A stretch of DNA of 64,000 nucleotides, from positions 1-64,000 of the forward strand of contig CAWHXP010000005.1 of NCBI GenBank assembly GCA_963833425.1. Direction: 5' to 3'. This document shows, one piece after another, positions 37,010-50,070 of the stretch. The position numbers and the translations under genes are program-made. The notes under the pieces are model-generated. The model saw nothing but the letters and a program-made list of their open reading frames with translations. It searched no databases and had not been told where the DNA came from. This DNA is from an uncultured Methanosarcinaceae archaeon. Lineage in GTDB: Archaea; Halobacteriota; Methanosarcinia; Methanosarcinales; Methanosarcinaceae. Each line of letters opens with the position of its first letter. Position 1 is the stretch's first letter.

Positions 37010-38246
37010 AGTTTTTGAACTTCTACGGGATTTATTGACAAAGTGAAATAAAAAGTTGAACCTTTACCCAGTTCAGATTCTACCCATATACGTCCACCAA
37101 GACTTTCCACAATTTTTTTTACAGATTGCAAGCCCTATTCCTGTTCCAGAATATTTTTCCCTGGAATGCAATCTTTTAAAAACTTCAAAGATTCTTTCCG
37201 AATATTGGGATCAATCCCAATTCCGTTATCCTGAACTGAAAATATCCATTCATTCGTTTTTTTCTCTGCAGAAATATGAATTTTTGGTGCTTCTTCACTG
37301 TGGAATTTTATTCCATTCATAATTATATTCTGAAATATTTGAACTAGCTGAGTAGAATCTGCCATTACATCAGGTAAAGGATCATGAGACACAATAGCTT
37401 TCTTTTATAACAACTTTTAAATTGGTTATACCTGATTCAAAATGAATTCACAATCAGTTGGTTCAGGTTCTTTAATACTTCTAGTCACTCGGGAGTAGCT
37501 TAAAAGATAATTTATCAGATTTTGCATCCGAGAAGCTCCATCAACAGCAAACTGGATGTACTTATCAGCCTTATCATCAAGATTACCATGATATCTCCTT
37601 TATAAAAGCTGCAAATAACTTGTTATCATCTTCAAAGATTCTTGTAAGTCATGAGATGAAACTTAAGCGAATTGTTCTAATTCTGCATTTGAACGAGCAA
37701 GTTCTTCTAATTTCAATTTCAAAATTTCTTCAGCTTTTTTTGCTCTGTAATATCTTGTATCGTTCCTTTCATTTGAATATGGATATTTTTCTCACCGAAA
37801 ATCACTTTAGATTCTATGTGGACTGCTCGTTCGTTTCCATTGGATAAGATGATTCGAGAGTCAATACTTAAGGGCTCTCCGTTCAAAGCTTTTTTAAAGC
37901 TTCATCCACATAATCTCGTTAGTCTGGGTATACATGACTTAAAAATGTATTATAAGTTGCACTGAATTCTTGAGGGCCATGCCCAAAAATACTATACATC
38001 TCATCAGACCAGAATACTTCGTCGGCCACAATATTACAATACCAACTTCCAACGTGAGATATTCTTTGAGCTTCAGCAAGACATTTTTCGTTATCCTTCA
38101 ACAAATTAAAAGCCTTTTTAAGTTCATCTGTACGTTCTTTAATTACGTTTTCTAAATTGTCTAGCGTATCTTTCAATTTAACTTCTGAATTTTTTCAGTT
38201 CAGTTACGTCGGTATTTGTCCCAAACCACTGAGTGACATTTCCTTT
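37010..38246 (-). pseudogene. PAS-domain sensor histidine kinase pseudogene, 5' end removed at an IS5
   Basis: LAEAQRISHVGSW (PAS), SHDLQE-like H-box, QIFQNIIMNGIKF, VQDNGIGI and GKGSTFYF motifs. Many disruptions. Confidence 0.85.
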
Positions 38247-39331
38247 TCTTCCCCTCAATTTCTCTATTTAATTCCTCTTTTTGGCTTTACTTTATTCTCA
38301 ATTCTTTGATTTTAAAGATAGCTTCCGCTATCTTCAATATACTTTTTTTATTTTCAATTTCCTCAATTGATAGAGATTATAACAAAAAGCCGTACACAAC
38401 ATTTTTAGATTTACTCTTTTAACAGTAGTAACAAAAACTCTTCCTGCTTTGAAAATTTCTTTCGTTACTGAATAAACTCCTTCTACTGGGACTCTTTTTG
38501 AGCTAATTCTCTTATTTCTTAATATATCCTTTATTCCCAGAGTATGTCCTTTGACCGCTCTTTTCATTGTTGCATTATACCCTTTCGTTTTTGCTCCAAA
38601 GTATCCTCTATCCTATAAACCACTTCATTTTCCTCTGTCAAATCTACATACGAATCATGTACTGACGCAGTTGTTGTTTGAATCTTCTGATCAGCTCATA
38701 ATCTCTGTCTATTATATTATGAAGCTTATATCCAAAGTGAGACTTATCTTCCTTCTTTGTCCATGTTCCGTCCCTGCTTCTTCTTGTTTTTGCCTCATCT
38801 CTCTGCTTTTGCATGTCCTGAATCTGAATGGATAAAAGTAACATCCTGAATCATTCCCTGCTTTATCTGTAAACCCAGAGCACCAAGTTGGCTTTGCAAC
38901 TTTCCCTATATTTTCTTTGAAATGCTCGATAATTCTCTCCCTAAATAGCCATACAATAGTACTGCCAGATATGTATTCAGGAAATCCAAGGAATTTCCTA
39001 AAAGAAATTCGATCTATACAATGTTTCTCAAGTTCAAAATCAGAGAGCCCATGCCATTGTTGTAAAACAAGCATTTTGAACATCACAATGACACCAGTTT
39101 CAGATCTGCCTCCTGAAATGGTTTTGTTAATATACATAGACTCAAGAATAATATGAAATGTTTTCCAATCAATTCAGGAATAAATTTCAGCAAGCTTATC
39201 TCCAACAGATTCAAGACGTTTATACTCTTATTTAAGAGCAAAATCAGTAAGAGTTTTCATGAATATACATAAATATTGACAAATTTAAAGCAAACCATGC
39301 TCAAGAGCATGGAGGTTATCGAAAATCTCTA
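38247..39331 (-). mobile_element. IS5-family element, frameshifted, right inverted repeat missing
   Basis: Near-identical to 11310-12392. Left end GGTTATCGAAAATCTCTA. The ORF-track entry 38712..39137 lies on this strand. Confidence 0.92.
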
Positions 39332-40079
39332 TAATTTTTTTTACAACATGCCATTATTGAATCTCAGATAGCTCTAAATCAAAAATGATTGATTATAGAG
39401 TGGTTTAAAATATTTTCTTAAGTTGGTGGAATTATACTAGGCGCAATATAAAACTTACTGTAAGATCTAAGAATGCGTTTAGTTAATGGCTAGCAGGAAA
39501 AAGTGCTCAACGCGCATGATTTATGAGATCAGAACCATGTAATTCACGTACTATTATAGTTAAGTTAGTTCGGATTATAATATATTTAAGAAATATATGA
39601 CAAATAAAATTTAACTATTATTAATAGTATTCCAGCATCTTGCAGTAACTTCCCGGTAGGTTGCAGACAGTTCACAACCTACAGCTCACAAGATTGACTT
39701 TGTGACATCTTAGATCAGCCAGATATCCTAAGCTAATAAAATAAATCTCATTTTTGAATTTGAGCATATAATCAACCATTGTTTATCTTTATTTTAATAA
39801 GCCCGTCAAAGTTTGTTGTGGGTGCTGCTGTAAAAGCATAAAGTAGATCAAGCGCTACACATCATCTTTGCACTTTCATTCCATCTACATGATCGAAATT
39901 TAAAGTGGTATACCCTTTATAATAAATGTCACCAGTTACTTATAAAAATAACAACCTGATTCTTGAAGTAAACTCTGTAGTGGTGTTTTTGAAGGGGCGC
40001 TTAAAGAAGGCGGTAAAATTATCAAAGGGAAATGGAAACAGGCCAGGTCAATTTTTCCACTCGTTCTCAACCGTATTAA

Positions 40080-40770
40080 TAAAGTGCCCGATCTACGCAG
40101 TGAGCAGGATCCTGTGAAACCTTATCTTTATGATGAAGAAGAAGTTGTTTATGGAAATAAAGAAACAGGAGTCAAACTGTCAGGGACTTTAACCCTTCCC
40201 AGATAAGAGGGGCCGTTTCCTGCTGTAGTGCTCATATCTGTTCTGGCCAGCAAAATCGTATGAAGAGATATTCGGTCACCGTTCATTCCTTGTACTTTCG
40301 GATTATTTGACACGCAGGGGACTATTGCTGTTCTCAGGGTCGATAACCGTGGTGTAGGAGGATCGACTGGAAACTTCTCACAGGCCACAACCGAAGATTT
40401 TGCAGAGGACGTACTCAAAGACATTGAATACCTGAAAAGTCGCAAGGAGATAAACCAAAACCAACATTGATGAAAGTGAAATGCCCTATACTAGCGATAA
40501 ATGGAGAAAAAGACCTTCAAGTTCCGCCTAAAGAAAATCTCCGTGTTATCGAGGAACTCTCAAGGCAGAAGGCAATAAGGACTATACAGTAAAAGAGATA
40601 GAAGGGGTCAATCACTTATTCCAGACCGCTCAAACCGGATTCCCCACGGAGTACTCAAAGATTAAAGAAACCATTTCTCAGTTCACTTTGGAACTGATAG
40701 GGAACTGGATTTTGTAGCATACGCAAAAGGATGAAAAATTAGATGAAACTGAGAAAATACATTAGATTTT
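40080..40770 (+). pseudogene. Alpha/beta hydrolase pseudogene with internal deletion
   Basis: VKLSGTLTLP, FPAVVLIS, AVLRVDNRGVGGSTG, TTEDFAED, DLQVPPKEN and GVNHLFQ remnants. Confidence 0.8.
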
Positions 40771-41567
40771 CAGATTAAACGCACGTACATTCTCAACGTA
40801 AACTCTCCATTACTATCTTATTCGCTATTATCCTCCATTCGCACATTTAAAATTATAGGAAAACATATGTCGAGGTAATATCAAATAAATATTATTATTT
40901 ACAGTTCAATTTGCTTTATGTTTATAAGTTTGATACTAACTATTGTCTCATTTTTAACGGTTATAATGTGGGTGCCACTGCTTCAGATGCGAGTCCTCCA
41001 CCTTGTAATCGTAATAAAATAGATATCAAATAAATTTATTAATTTTCCCAATTTCTTTCTAATATTTTTTGCATTTATTGGAATATAATCGGTAGAAATT
41101 TGTACGTTCTAATAAGTTATAGAATCATCGAGTTATCAAAAACATCGGCAAAAATCTTGCTTTTCTCTGTTTTTCATGGGTTGAAATAATTATCTAGTTG
41201 AAAAGTGACTACCTAAAGAGAAGCTATCAATTTTTATATTTTTGTTAAAATTGGAGAAGAACCAGAAAAAATTAAAAAAATCTAACTTATAGACATTCAG
41301 ATATCAACTAATTAATGAGAGACACCAATTTACATCAATCAATCAAAAAAACCAGAAAATAATAAAAAATTTCTTATTAATGCTCCATATTATATGTGTG
41401 AAAATGATGATTTAGTTATAAAGTTGCTATTGGAAGGGTTTATTGGACCTGTTATAGGTCCTGTATTCCATGAAACGTATTAGTTTTGTAAATATTAGAA
41501 ATATCTCTGACAATATTATTATGCATCCATGTGATAAAACAACTACATTATAAGGAGAAATGGCTTA

Positions 41568-42119
41568 ATGTCTTCGATATTTAATTTCTTTCTGGCACTT
41601 GGAGTTGCGATGGATGCATTTGCAGTTTCTATATCATGTGGCAAGAAAATTAGTCCCATTCGACGAACTGATGCCTTAAAACTTGCTTCCTTCTTTGGGG
41701 GATGTGAAGCTTTTATGTTAGTAATTGGATGGCTTGGTGGAAACACGATAAGTGATTTTGTTTCGGAATATGCCATATGGTTTGCCTTTTTGATTTTGGG
41801 TTTTATCGGAAGTAAAATGATTTATGAAACTTTGTATGGAAACAGGGAAAGAAAGATAAATTCCTTTAGTTATCCTGTGCTTCTTGCACTTGCAGTTGCA
41901 ATAAGTATAGATTCGCTTTTTGTGGGAATGAGCTTTGCATTTCTCAAGACAACTATTATTGAGCCTGCGATTATTATAGGCTTTGTAACCTTTTTGATGT
42001 CTTTTTGTGGTGTAATCTTAGGGTCTAAAGTTGGTCATTTATTCGAGCGGGAAGTCAATTTTATTGGTGGCTTGATAATGATTTGTATTGGAGTTAGTTT
42101 GCTGATATTTAATCATTAA
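41568..42119 (+). CDS. mntP: Manganese efflux pump MntP family
   Basis: ALGVAMDAFAVSI and LAVAISIDSL motifs, about six transmembrane segments. Confidence 0.9.
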   Translation: MSSIFNFFLALGVAMDAFAVSISCGKKISPIRRTDALKLASFFGGCEAFMLVIGWLGGNTISDFVSEYAIWFAFLILGFIGSKMIYETLYGNRERKINSFSYPVLLALAVAISIDSLFVGMSFAFLKTTIIEPAIIIGFVTFLMSFCGVILGSKVGHLFEREVNFIGGLIMICIGVSLLIFNH

Positions 42120-43042
42120 TTCAAATTTCTCTCAACACTATACTCTTTTTTAGGTTTGCTCAGTGACTCATGGAGCTTATGGAACATATAGTGCATATGG
42201 AGCTCATGGTACATTTGGAACTAATTAGCCTAAACCATAGTCATAAATAAAATTCTGACTTAAAATGAGATAAGTAATACAATTTTTAAATGTTATATCA
42301 TAAAATATGAAAAAATTAAAGAAAAATATTAAAAATGAAGTTGTCATAAAGTTATATGTAGATCCGAAAAAGATTCAGGAACATCAACAGCTGCAGCGAC
42401 ATCGGCAAATTCTTCAGGTAACTATTTGAATCAATGTCAATAATATTCTCTTTAGTCATCTATAGGATTTCGATAAACAAAGCATGAAAATTATGTGAGA
42501 TGAACTCATTTGAAATTTGAAGCTTTTGTAGTAACTATTAAATTAGTTTAAGCGATATGTAGATGCTAATTCAAATTCGACTTTTTACATATATTTATTC
42601 ATTTATTTTTATTTATTTCTTGGCTCAATTTCAAAATCCAGTGATGAAATATATTCTTAAATTTCATCGCAGATCTATTTTTTCGTCTTGGTGTGGCAAG
42701 AGAATCTGCTTTAATGCATGAAAATGCAAGTGTTCATTGCACTGAAAAACTTCTCATGAAAATATCAACCATGTAACTTGGATGGCATTTTTGAGAGTTT
42801 GATGCATAAAAGTTCAGTAATTTGTTAAACTTTCTTCTCAACTTTTTATCCTATCCATTTACATCAACTACCCATTATATCTTAACCTTTGTCTTTTCAG
42901 TACATGCAGAGTTTTTTTGTGGCAAAATAGATGTATTTTCTCATTTTTCTCCCGAAATTATAGGACATTTTCACCTGATTGTGTAGAAAACGAACAGTTT
43001 TTATTAAAATATATGTTGTGATGGGAAGCGAAAAAGTTACTA

Positions 43043-43508
43043 TAGAGATTTTCGATAACCTCCATGCTCTTGAGCATGGTTTGCTTTAAATTTGTCAATA
43101 TTTATGTATATTCATGAAAACTCTTACTGATTTTGCTCTTAAATAAGAGTATAAACGTCTTGAATCTGTTGGAGATAAGCTTGCTGAAATTGCTTCCTTA
43201 ATTGATTGGAAAGCGTTTCGTATTATTCTTGAGTCTATGTATATCAACAAAACCGTTTCAAGAGGGAGACCTGAAACTGGTGTCATTGTGATGTTCAAAA
43301 TGCTTGTTTTACAACAATGGCATGGGCTCTCTGATTTTGAACTTGAGAAACATTGTATAGATCGAATTTCTTTTAGGAAATTCCTTGGATTTCCTGAATA
43401 CATATCTGGCAGTACTATTGTATGGCTATTTAGGGAGAGAATTATCGAGCATTTCAAAGAAAATATAGGGAAAGTTGCAAAGCCAACTTGGTGCTCTGGG
43501 TTTACAGA
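43043..43508 (+). mobile_element. IS5-family 5' fragment
   Basis: Near-perfect inverted copy of 38866-39331, beginning TAGAGATTTTCGATAACC. Confidence 0.92.
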
Positions 43509-43860
43509 TTTTCGATCATAATCTTTACTGGGTCAAGTGATGAAAAAGTTGGGAGTGATGCTGTAAAGAAAGGTGCTCAGGACTATTTAGTCAAAGGACA
43601 AATAGATAGTAGATTATTGAAACGTTCTATCCAATATTCTATTGAGACAAAAAAAAGTAAGAAGTACTAGCAAAATCAGATCGCTCTTAAAACGGAAATT
43701 CATTACAGGATTAAGAACAATTTACAAGTAATATTTCCACTTATCGACTTTCAAGCTGATAAATTCAAAGGCCGAAAGGGTATAACGGATTCAGAAGTCA
43801 TTGATGCTTTCAAGGAAAGTCAGCATAGAGTAATATCTATGCCCTTATCCATGAAGAATG
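43509..43860 (+). pseudogene. Receiver domain / HisKA_2 histidine kinase fragment
   Basis: [25 protein letters not shown] then EIHYRIKNNLQVI and ESQHRVISM.LIHEE. Confidence 0.75.
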
Positions 43861-44167
43861 CTCCAATTTCAGAGAAGGCTGCGACGCTTTCCACATGCTT
43901 TTACTGGTATTGTCTCTCTTCAAATATACAAAAAAAATCATAATAAATATATAGAAGAAAAACTATTATCTATTTTACCACTATATACAATGTGTATTTG
44001 AATTTACTATATATTTTATATTAATGCTCAAGTTCTTATATTTTTTGTGCACCTATCATTAATTATCTCATATAGTCGAATAAATAAATTAACTAGTTTA
44101 TAGAAGGAATAGTTTCCTTATTTGGTTCACAGTATACCAAATAATGTACACAATTGGGGTTGATTAA

Positions 44168-44551
44168 GTGCGTATGGATGACGATGCAATCAAAGCAATT
44201 TTTGACTACATTACAACTAATGGTGAAGTACCAGGAGTACTAACGTATACAAGTGTTGATGAGTGGTTAAAATATGGCGGCATAACATTTCGTGAGATTG
44301 ACAAGGAACCATATTGGTCAAAAGCCTGCACAGACGGATCTATTATTTTTCATACAGACAGAGGAAATAGACAAACATACATAAAAGTGTGGACTGAAAA
44401 AGCCGGTAAACTTATAGGTTTCGAATTGAATCACAACATTGGGGGCGTTTTAATGATGGATGTAGAACATCAAAAAAATATATCTAATAACATCAGGGAT
44501 AAACAAGACACGCAAATGAGACAAGCAGAAAGTAATAAAAATAATAAATGA
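44168..44551 (+). CDS. Hypothetical protein
   Basis: 127-aa ORF with a plausible ribosome-binding site. No recognised motif. Confidence 0.5.
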   Translation: MRMDDDAIKAIFDYITTNGEVPGVLTYTSVDEWLKYGGITFREIDKEPYWSKACTDGSIIFHTDRGNRQTYIKVWTEKAGKLIGFELNHNIGGVLMMDVEHQKNISNNIRDKQDTQMRQAESNKNNK

Positions 44552-44624
44552 TCTAAAACAACTTAAGTCATCATTTTTAATAATGTGACATTTTATGTGT
44601 AAATTTATGTTTGTCCCAAAATCA

Positions 44625-44866
44625 GGCAATGTACGGAAAATTTTATAAAATCTAATTGTCTTTGTATTCTGTTATTGTCACTGCAAAAAAGCAGGATGTT
44701 GAGCTAATAGTTATGCTAACAAAGTTATGTTTCTATTGTTTCATTGATGCATAGGTTTTATGACAAAAAAAACTGTGCATCAATAAAAACTACAAATCTT
44801 ATTTTGATGTGGTTAAGACAAAGGACACAAAGTCGATAGAAATTTACAAAACTTTTGTACACTGCC
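44625..44866. mobile_element. ~240-bp MITE-like element
   Basis: Imperfect terminal inverted repeats GGCAATGTACGGAAAATTTT / AAAACTTTTGTACACTGCC and an internal gatgcatag...ctgtgcatc hairpin. Related sequence at ~7690-7895. Confidence 0.6.
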
Positions 44867-45113
44867 ACAGAGTAGAATAGGTGATCTCAAAACTCAGATC
44901 CAAGCATTTAATGATCAACTACAAGTCAAGGATGAATAGTTACATAGTAAAGATGAACAAATCAAGGATCAAAGGATGAGAATATGCATAAACAGGCAGC
45001 CAACATTCAAAATTTAATCAAAGATAATCGCAGTCGAACACAAAATTACTGCCTGAATAAACTGAAAAAAGAGTCATTGGTGGCGATTTTAGTAACTTCG
45101 ACTATACTTATAC

Positions 45114-45584
45114 CTAGAGAGCCGATACATCTTTACTACAAACGATAGGGATAAATTCTTGTTTAGGTGGATATTTTATAGCTAGAGCCTTTATTATACC
45201 CAATATCAACAATAACGTCGAGAGACCTAAAATAAATTGGAAATCATATCTTTGAGCATATAGCCCAGCTGCAATTTCACGCAGGACTATTAAAATAGTA
45301 GCATCGGTTACATATGTAATTCTTATTTCTTCATGCTCGCGAAAATCAACAAAGATCTTGAAAAGGTCTATAAGAACGAAAATCGTTAGGATGCCAGCTA
45401 CTATCTGACCAAAACCGCCACCTAGAGTACCCAATAAAATTGATTTGATATTTAGCAGGATATTTATAACCCCCACAAGTAGCGCCAGTATCAGTATATA
45501 AAGGATAATAATAGTAATTGAATCAATAATAGTTTTAAATATTTTATAATGATTTGTCCTAAATGCGTTATACTTAGTTATCAC
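45114..45584 (-). CDS. Phosphate-starvation-inducible PsiE-family membrane protein
   Basis: Four hydrophobic segments, ILTIFVLIDLFK and VTDATILIVLREI. Confidence 0.8.
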   Translation of the reverse strand: MITKYNAFRTNHYKIFKTIIDSITIIILYILILALLVGVINILLNIKSILLGTLGGGFGQIVAGILTIFVLIDLFKIFVDFREHEEIRITYVTDATILIVLREIAAGLYAQRYDFQFILGLSTLLLILGIIKALAIKYPPKQEFIPIVCSKDVSAL

Positions 45585-47061
45585 TTAATTCCCCTCCATA
45601 AAATAGACTAGCTTTTCTCAAATCTCAAATATGTATAATTTTAATCAATGTGTATAAAAATTAATAATTTTTTATATATATTATTTTTTTTGTCCAAATC
45701 AATAGAAGAAGGCTGTAACAAAATATGTAAGTTTTGTCACTAAATTTGAGTGAGAATCGGAAACGATGAGAAAAGTAAGAGTTATCAAAAGAAAAAAAGT
45801 AATGAATGTTTTATTTAAATAGCCTTGGATGCAGAATCTGTTTTTATGACCGTTTTAGCTGTTTTTTCTGCATTAACGTCATATACTTTATATAAAAATT
45901 TCTAATCTTACTTTTCCATAATATATAGCTACTTGGATTTGATGATATTTAATGCATGTTGTTTGTAGTAATTGCCTATACAATATAGATTGGTTGCAAC
46001 ATATAAGTACTAATGCATTTTTTAATTTTTTATAAATGTCTATTGTCACAATATAACTCCTTATACTTCATTTTATTTAATACAGGTTTGTCTATAGTAA
46101 TCGTCTGCTCTATACTTGTTAATTGCAACTTATAAGTACTAATGTATTTTTTAATTTTTGTATAAAGTATTGATACCAAATTCAAAAATAAGATCCGAAC
46201 TATTTGGAAGTTTTAATTATATATATTAAAGGTCTATGAAGTCTACGATATTTAATTAATCTACAAAAACTATATATTCATTTTAAGTATACCATTTCTG
46301 TTTATCAGTAAAGAAAAAAAATTCTTTCGAAATCTATTTACTGCATTCAAAAATTAAGTTTTTGACATCCTTTTTTTCATATTTTTAGTTTTGTTCAGTG
46401 GACTGTATAATTATTTTTCCCATAAAGTCCCTATTTATGATTGTACTTTGGTTTAATTCTTTTCAAGTGTCCCGAATGTTCCACGAGCTCCAGATGCTCA
46501 ATGAATCCCATAAGCTCCATTAGTAATAGATCAGAAATGTTTTCTTATTCTGGATGGAATTTAGGAAATTCAGAGATTTTAGCATAAAACATGTACATTA
46601 ATTGAGTTTAAGTCAATACATCCTTAGCTGTCCTGGTGAATTACAGTTGATTGGTTTCTTTGGGGCCTGTTTAAGATCCAAGAAGAACTCAAGCTGGGAA
46701 TAAGAATAACGCTTTACTTGTGAATAAAATTAAAATTTGTCCAAAAAAACAATATAAATTTTGTATATGTAATACTTGACAATCTGGATTTATAAGAACA
46801 TTCTAGGACTTACGCAGTTGAACAAAAAAATATAGAATTTAAGATTTAACTGTCTAAAAGCAAAGTTTAAGCTACAAAGATATAAAGCAGCCTAAGCGCT
46901 ACATCATCACTTATTCACTGTTAAGTCCATCCACCGATTATAATTTTATGTGGGCTTTATAATCCCAAACTATAAATAGACACAATTTTAAAAACTAAAT
47001 CCTGAAGAACAGAAGATCTCTTCCTAGTATAGTAATGTTTATTTTAGTTCAAAGCTGATAA

Positions 47062-48198
47062 TTGAAAATGGATGTTTCAGAGAAAAAAAATCTTCAAGGA
47101 GCTAATCTTCAGGGAGCTGATCTTATAGAGGCTAACCTTCAAGAGGCTAACCTTGAAGGAGCTAACCTTGAAGAAGCTAACCTTCGAGGAGCTAACCTTG
47201 AAGAGGCTAACCTTCGAGGAGCTAATCTTTTTTATGCTGATCTCACAGAGGCTAACCTTCAAGGGGCTAACCTTATAGAAGCCAACATTGAAATGGCTAC
47301 ACTACAATTGGCTAAACTTCATTTAGCTAACTTTAAAGGAGCTGATCTTCAAGGAGCTAACCTTCAAGGGGCTGATCTTTATGGAGCTGATCTTCAAGGA
47401 GCTAACCTTCAGGGAGCTAACCTTTATGGAGCTGACCTTCAAGAAGCTAACCTTGGAGGAGCTAAACTTGAAGGAGCCAAACTTGGAGGTGTTAAACTTG
47501 AACGGGCTTACCTTATAGAAGCTAACCTTGAAGGAGCTAACCTTGAAGGGGCTAAACTTGGTGGAGCTAAACTTGAAAGGGCTAAACTTGAAAGAGCTTA
47601 CCTTATAGAAGCTAACCTTCAAGGAGCTGATCTTCAAGGAGCTAGCCTTCAGGAAGCTATCCTTTATGGAGCTGACCTTCAAGAAGCTAACCTTCGAGGA
47701 GCTAACCTTGAAGGAGCCAAACTTAGAGGAGTTAAACTTGAACGGGCTTACCTTATAGAGGCTAACCTTGAAGGAGCTAACCTTGAAGGAGCTAACCTTG
47801 AAGGAGCTAAACTTGGTGGAGCTAAACTTGGTAGAGCTAAACTTGAAAGGGCTAAACTTGAAAGGGCTTATCTTATAGAAGCTAACCTTGAAGGAGCTTA
47901 CCTTATAGAGGCTAACTTTCAATGGGCTAATCTTCAAGGGGCTAACCTTAAAGGGACTTACCTTTTAGGAGCTAACTTTAAAGAAGCTAATCTTGAAGGA
48001 GCTAACCTTGAAGGAGCTAATCTTGAAGGGGCTCATCTTGTAGGAACCAACCTTGAAGGAGCTGACCTTGAAGGAGCTAAGAATTTATCGCTTTTCCAAC
48101 TTTCTAAAGTGAAAACACTTTATAATACAAAACTAGATGAAGATCTTCTCATGCTATTAAAAGAAGAATATCCTGCACTTTTTGAAGAACCTGAATGA
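47062..48198 (+). CDS. Pentapeptide repeat protein
   Basis: More than 60 A(N/D/K/Y)Lxx units encoded by a 15-bp tandem repeat, with a C-terminal cap QLSKVKTLYNTKLD. Confidence 0.95.
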   Translation: MKMDVSEKKNLQGANLQGADLIEANLQEANLEGANLEEANLRGANLEEANLRGANLFYADLTEANLQGANLIEANIEMATLQLAKLHLANFKGADLQGANLQGADLYGADLQGANLQGANLYGADLQEANLGGAKLEGAKLGGVKLERAYLIEANLEGANLEGAKLGGAKLERAKLERAYLIEANLQGADLQGASLQEAILYGADLQEANLRGANLEGAKLRGVKLERAYLIEANLEGANLEGANLEGAKLGGAKLGRAKLERAKLERAYLIEANLEGAYLIEANFQWANLQGANLKGTYLLGANFKEANLEGANLEGANLEGAHLVGTNLEGADLEGAKNLSLFQLSKVKTLYNTKLDEDLLMLLKEEYPALFEEPE

Positions 48199-49395
48199 AT
48201 TCTTATTATAACCATACAATTATTGATAGATCCAGCTCTCATAAATACAGAGATATTATAGCAAAATCTATGCATTAACGAAAAACAAGATGTTTCTATT
48301 GGGTTGAATTCCTACTCCTAAGTAACTGGAAGGAAGAAGGAAAATGGCACATCTAATAGGGCAACTGTTTAAAAAAATTGGAGTTTTTTGCTTGACTTTT
48401 ACAATATAACTATAACCAAAGTCCTAAATAGTAAAGGATCTATAGAGCGTAATAGTTTAATTAGTCCCTATAGTGGAAGTCTACTGACATTCTAATTTAT
48501 TCTATACTTCTCAAGTTTGTATTTTGGTTCGGTTGCACTCCGTAATGACATTTTTGCAAAAAATATCATAACTCTCTTTAAAAATAGAATTTGCGTTCTC
48601 ATTATTCATTTCTTAATGATTAAGACTAAATTGAGAAGCAGGCAAGGATCAAATATCTTTACTGTAACAGAAATTATAGATAATATATTTTTATCAACCC
48701 ATATATAGCAAATTACAAGGTAAATCGGAATTCTCTTTAATTATTAGTAAGTTTGAAAATTGTTTTCATGATCCGGAATTTGATCAATTATTCATAAATT
48801 CTCCCCGACTGCCAATAGAAAACCCAACAATCAAGCAGAAGCCCATCAGAGTATAGCGAAGGAAGTCAAAATAAGAATACTCAAACTCAGACTACTATCA
48901 CCACCAAAAACCTATAACAACTGGTGGCATCATCATCAACACCATGAAGCCAAGCAGATACCATCGCCAACAACACTGCTTAAAAAGATTAATCAAAAAT
49001 CTCTATAATATTTTTGGGGATATTCATTGGTACTTAAATATATCTGAATAGGTATTAAATTTTAGAACGTAAATCCTTCTTATCTAATTTAAAATATATC
49101 TATACTGGACTATCGGATCGCCTTCTTTGCAAACTTTAGAGCAACTTATCCAAAAATATTTTTGATAGTCCTAAGCAAATACTGAGTTCAAACTAATGTT
49201 AATATCGCTTCACAAATTGTTAGTTGAAGCAAAAAGATGGGTTTTGTACAAAAATGATTTAATTTAATACAAATAATGCTTAAAAATGCTTAAACAATGA
49301 TCAAAACTTTTTATAGTTACTACATGGTGCAGATATATCAGAAAATAAAAAATCAAGCTCCAAAATATGTACACTATCATACACAACATTAATTT

Positions 49396-49885
49396 TTATG
49401 CTCCATTAACGGTGAAAGCTGCCCAATAGTAAGGATGCTCAAAAGGCTTATCTTCTGGAGATTCTTTGGCCATTTCAACGTAGTGTTTTCTGTACTGTTC
49501 TATTTTCTTCTTGCTTTCGTCTTCCCATTCTCTCGAGCAGTGACATTTTTCTACATGATCAGCTACTTGATTAACAGTAAGGTCTTTAATATAGAGTTGG
49601 GTTTTCTACAAAGCCGTTGGAATATCCGTTTCCTTAGCAATATGATTAGAGTAGAACCGTTCCATTAGTATAGCTGTCGAAATATCTGGGACAGACCATA
49701 GACTGCTTACCACGCATGGAATACCCGCAAGCATAAAACCTGCAGGTAATCCAACGAACTCATCGGCACTACCTTTAACAATATCGGTGATACCTGTCTC
49801 ACAGGCAGAAAGTGTTACCAATCTTGCTGAAGAAATGTCCACAACGTCATTTTGGAGATCTGCCAAACTCAGTGTTCTTCTCCCA
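49396..49885 (-). pseudogene. CHAT (caspase-like) protease C-terminal fragment
   Basis: LVTLSACETG, GLPAGFMLAG, VVSSLWSVPD, LMERFY, then an in-frame TAG (49606-49608), then PFEHPYYWAAFTVNGA*. Confidence 0.9.
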
Positions 49886-50070
49886 AACAAGTACAATCAA
49901 AAGTATGTGGATTGTCCTAGTTATGTCTGCAATGGCGGGAGAAATGGAGATATTAGTGTAAGCCAGATAAGGGAACTAATCAGCTCATAAACCTCCTAAC
50001 TTAGTTATATCAGAAGAAAGTGATTTATATCGTTGGATTAAGAAATATAAGGCTCTTTGGTGAGCTCATT

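Noticed and set aside
47077..47937. Minus-strand Ser/Lys/Phe-rich ORFs
   Set aside because: Antisense shadows of the pentapeptide repeat gene.
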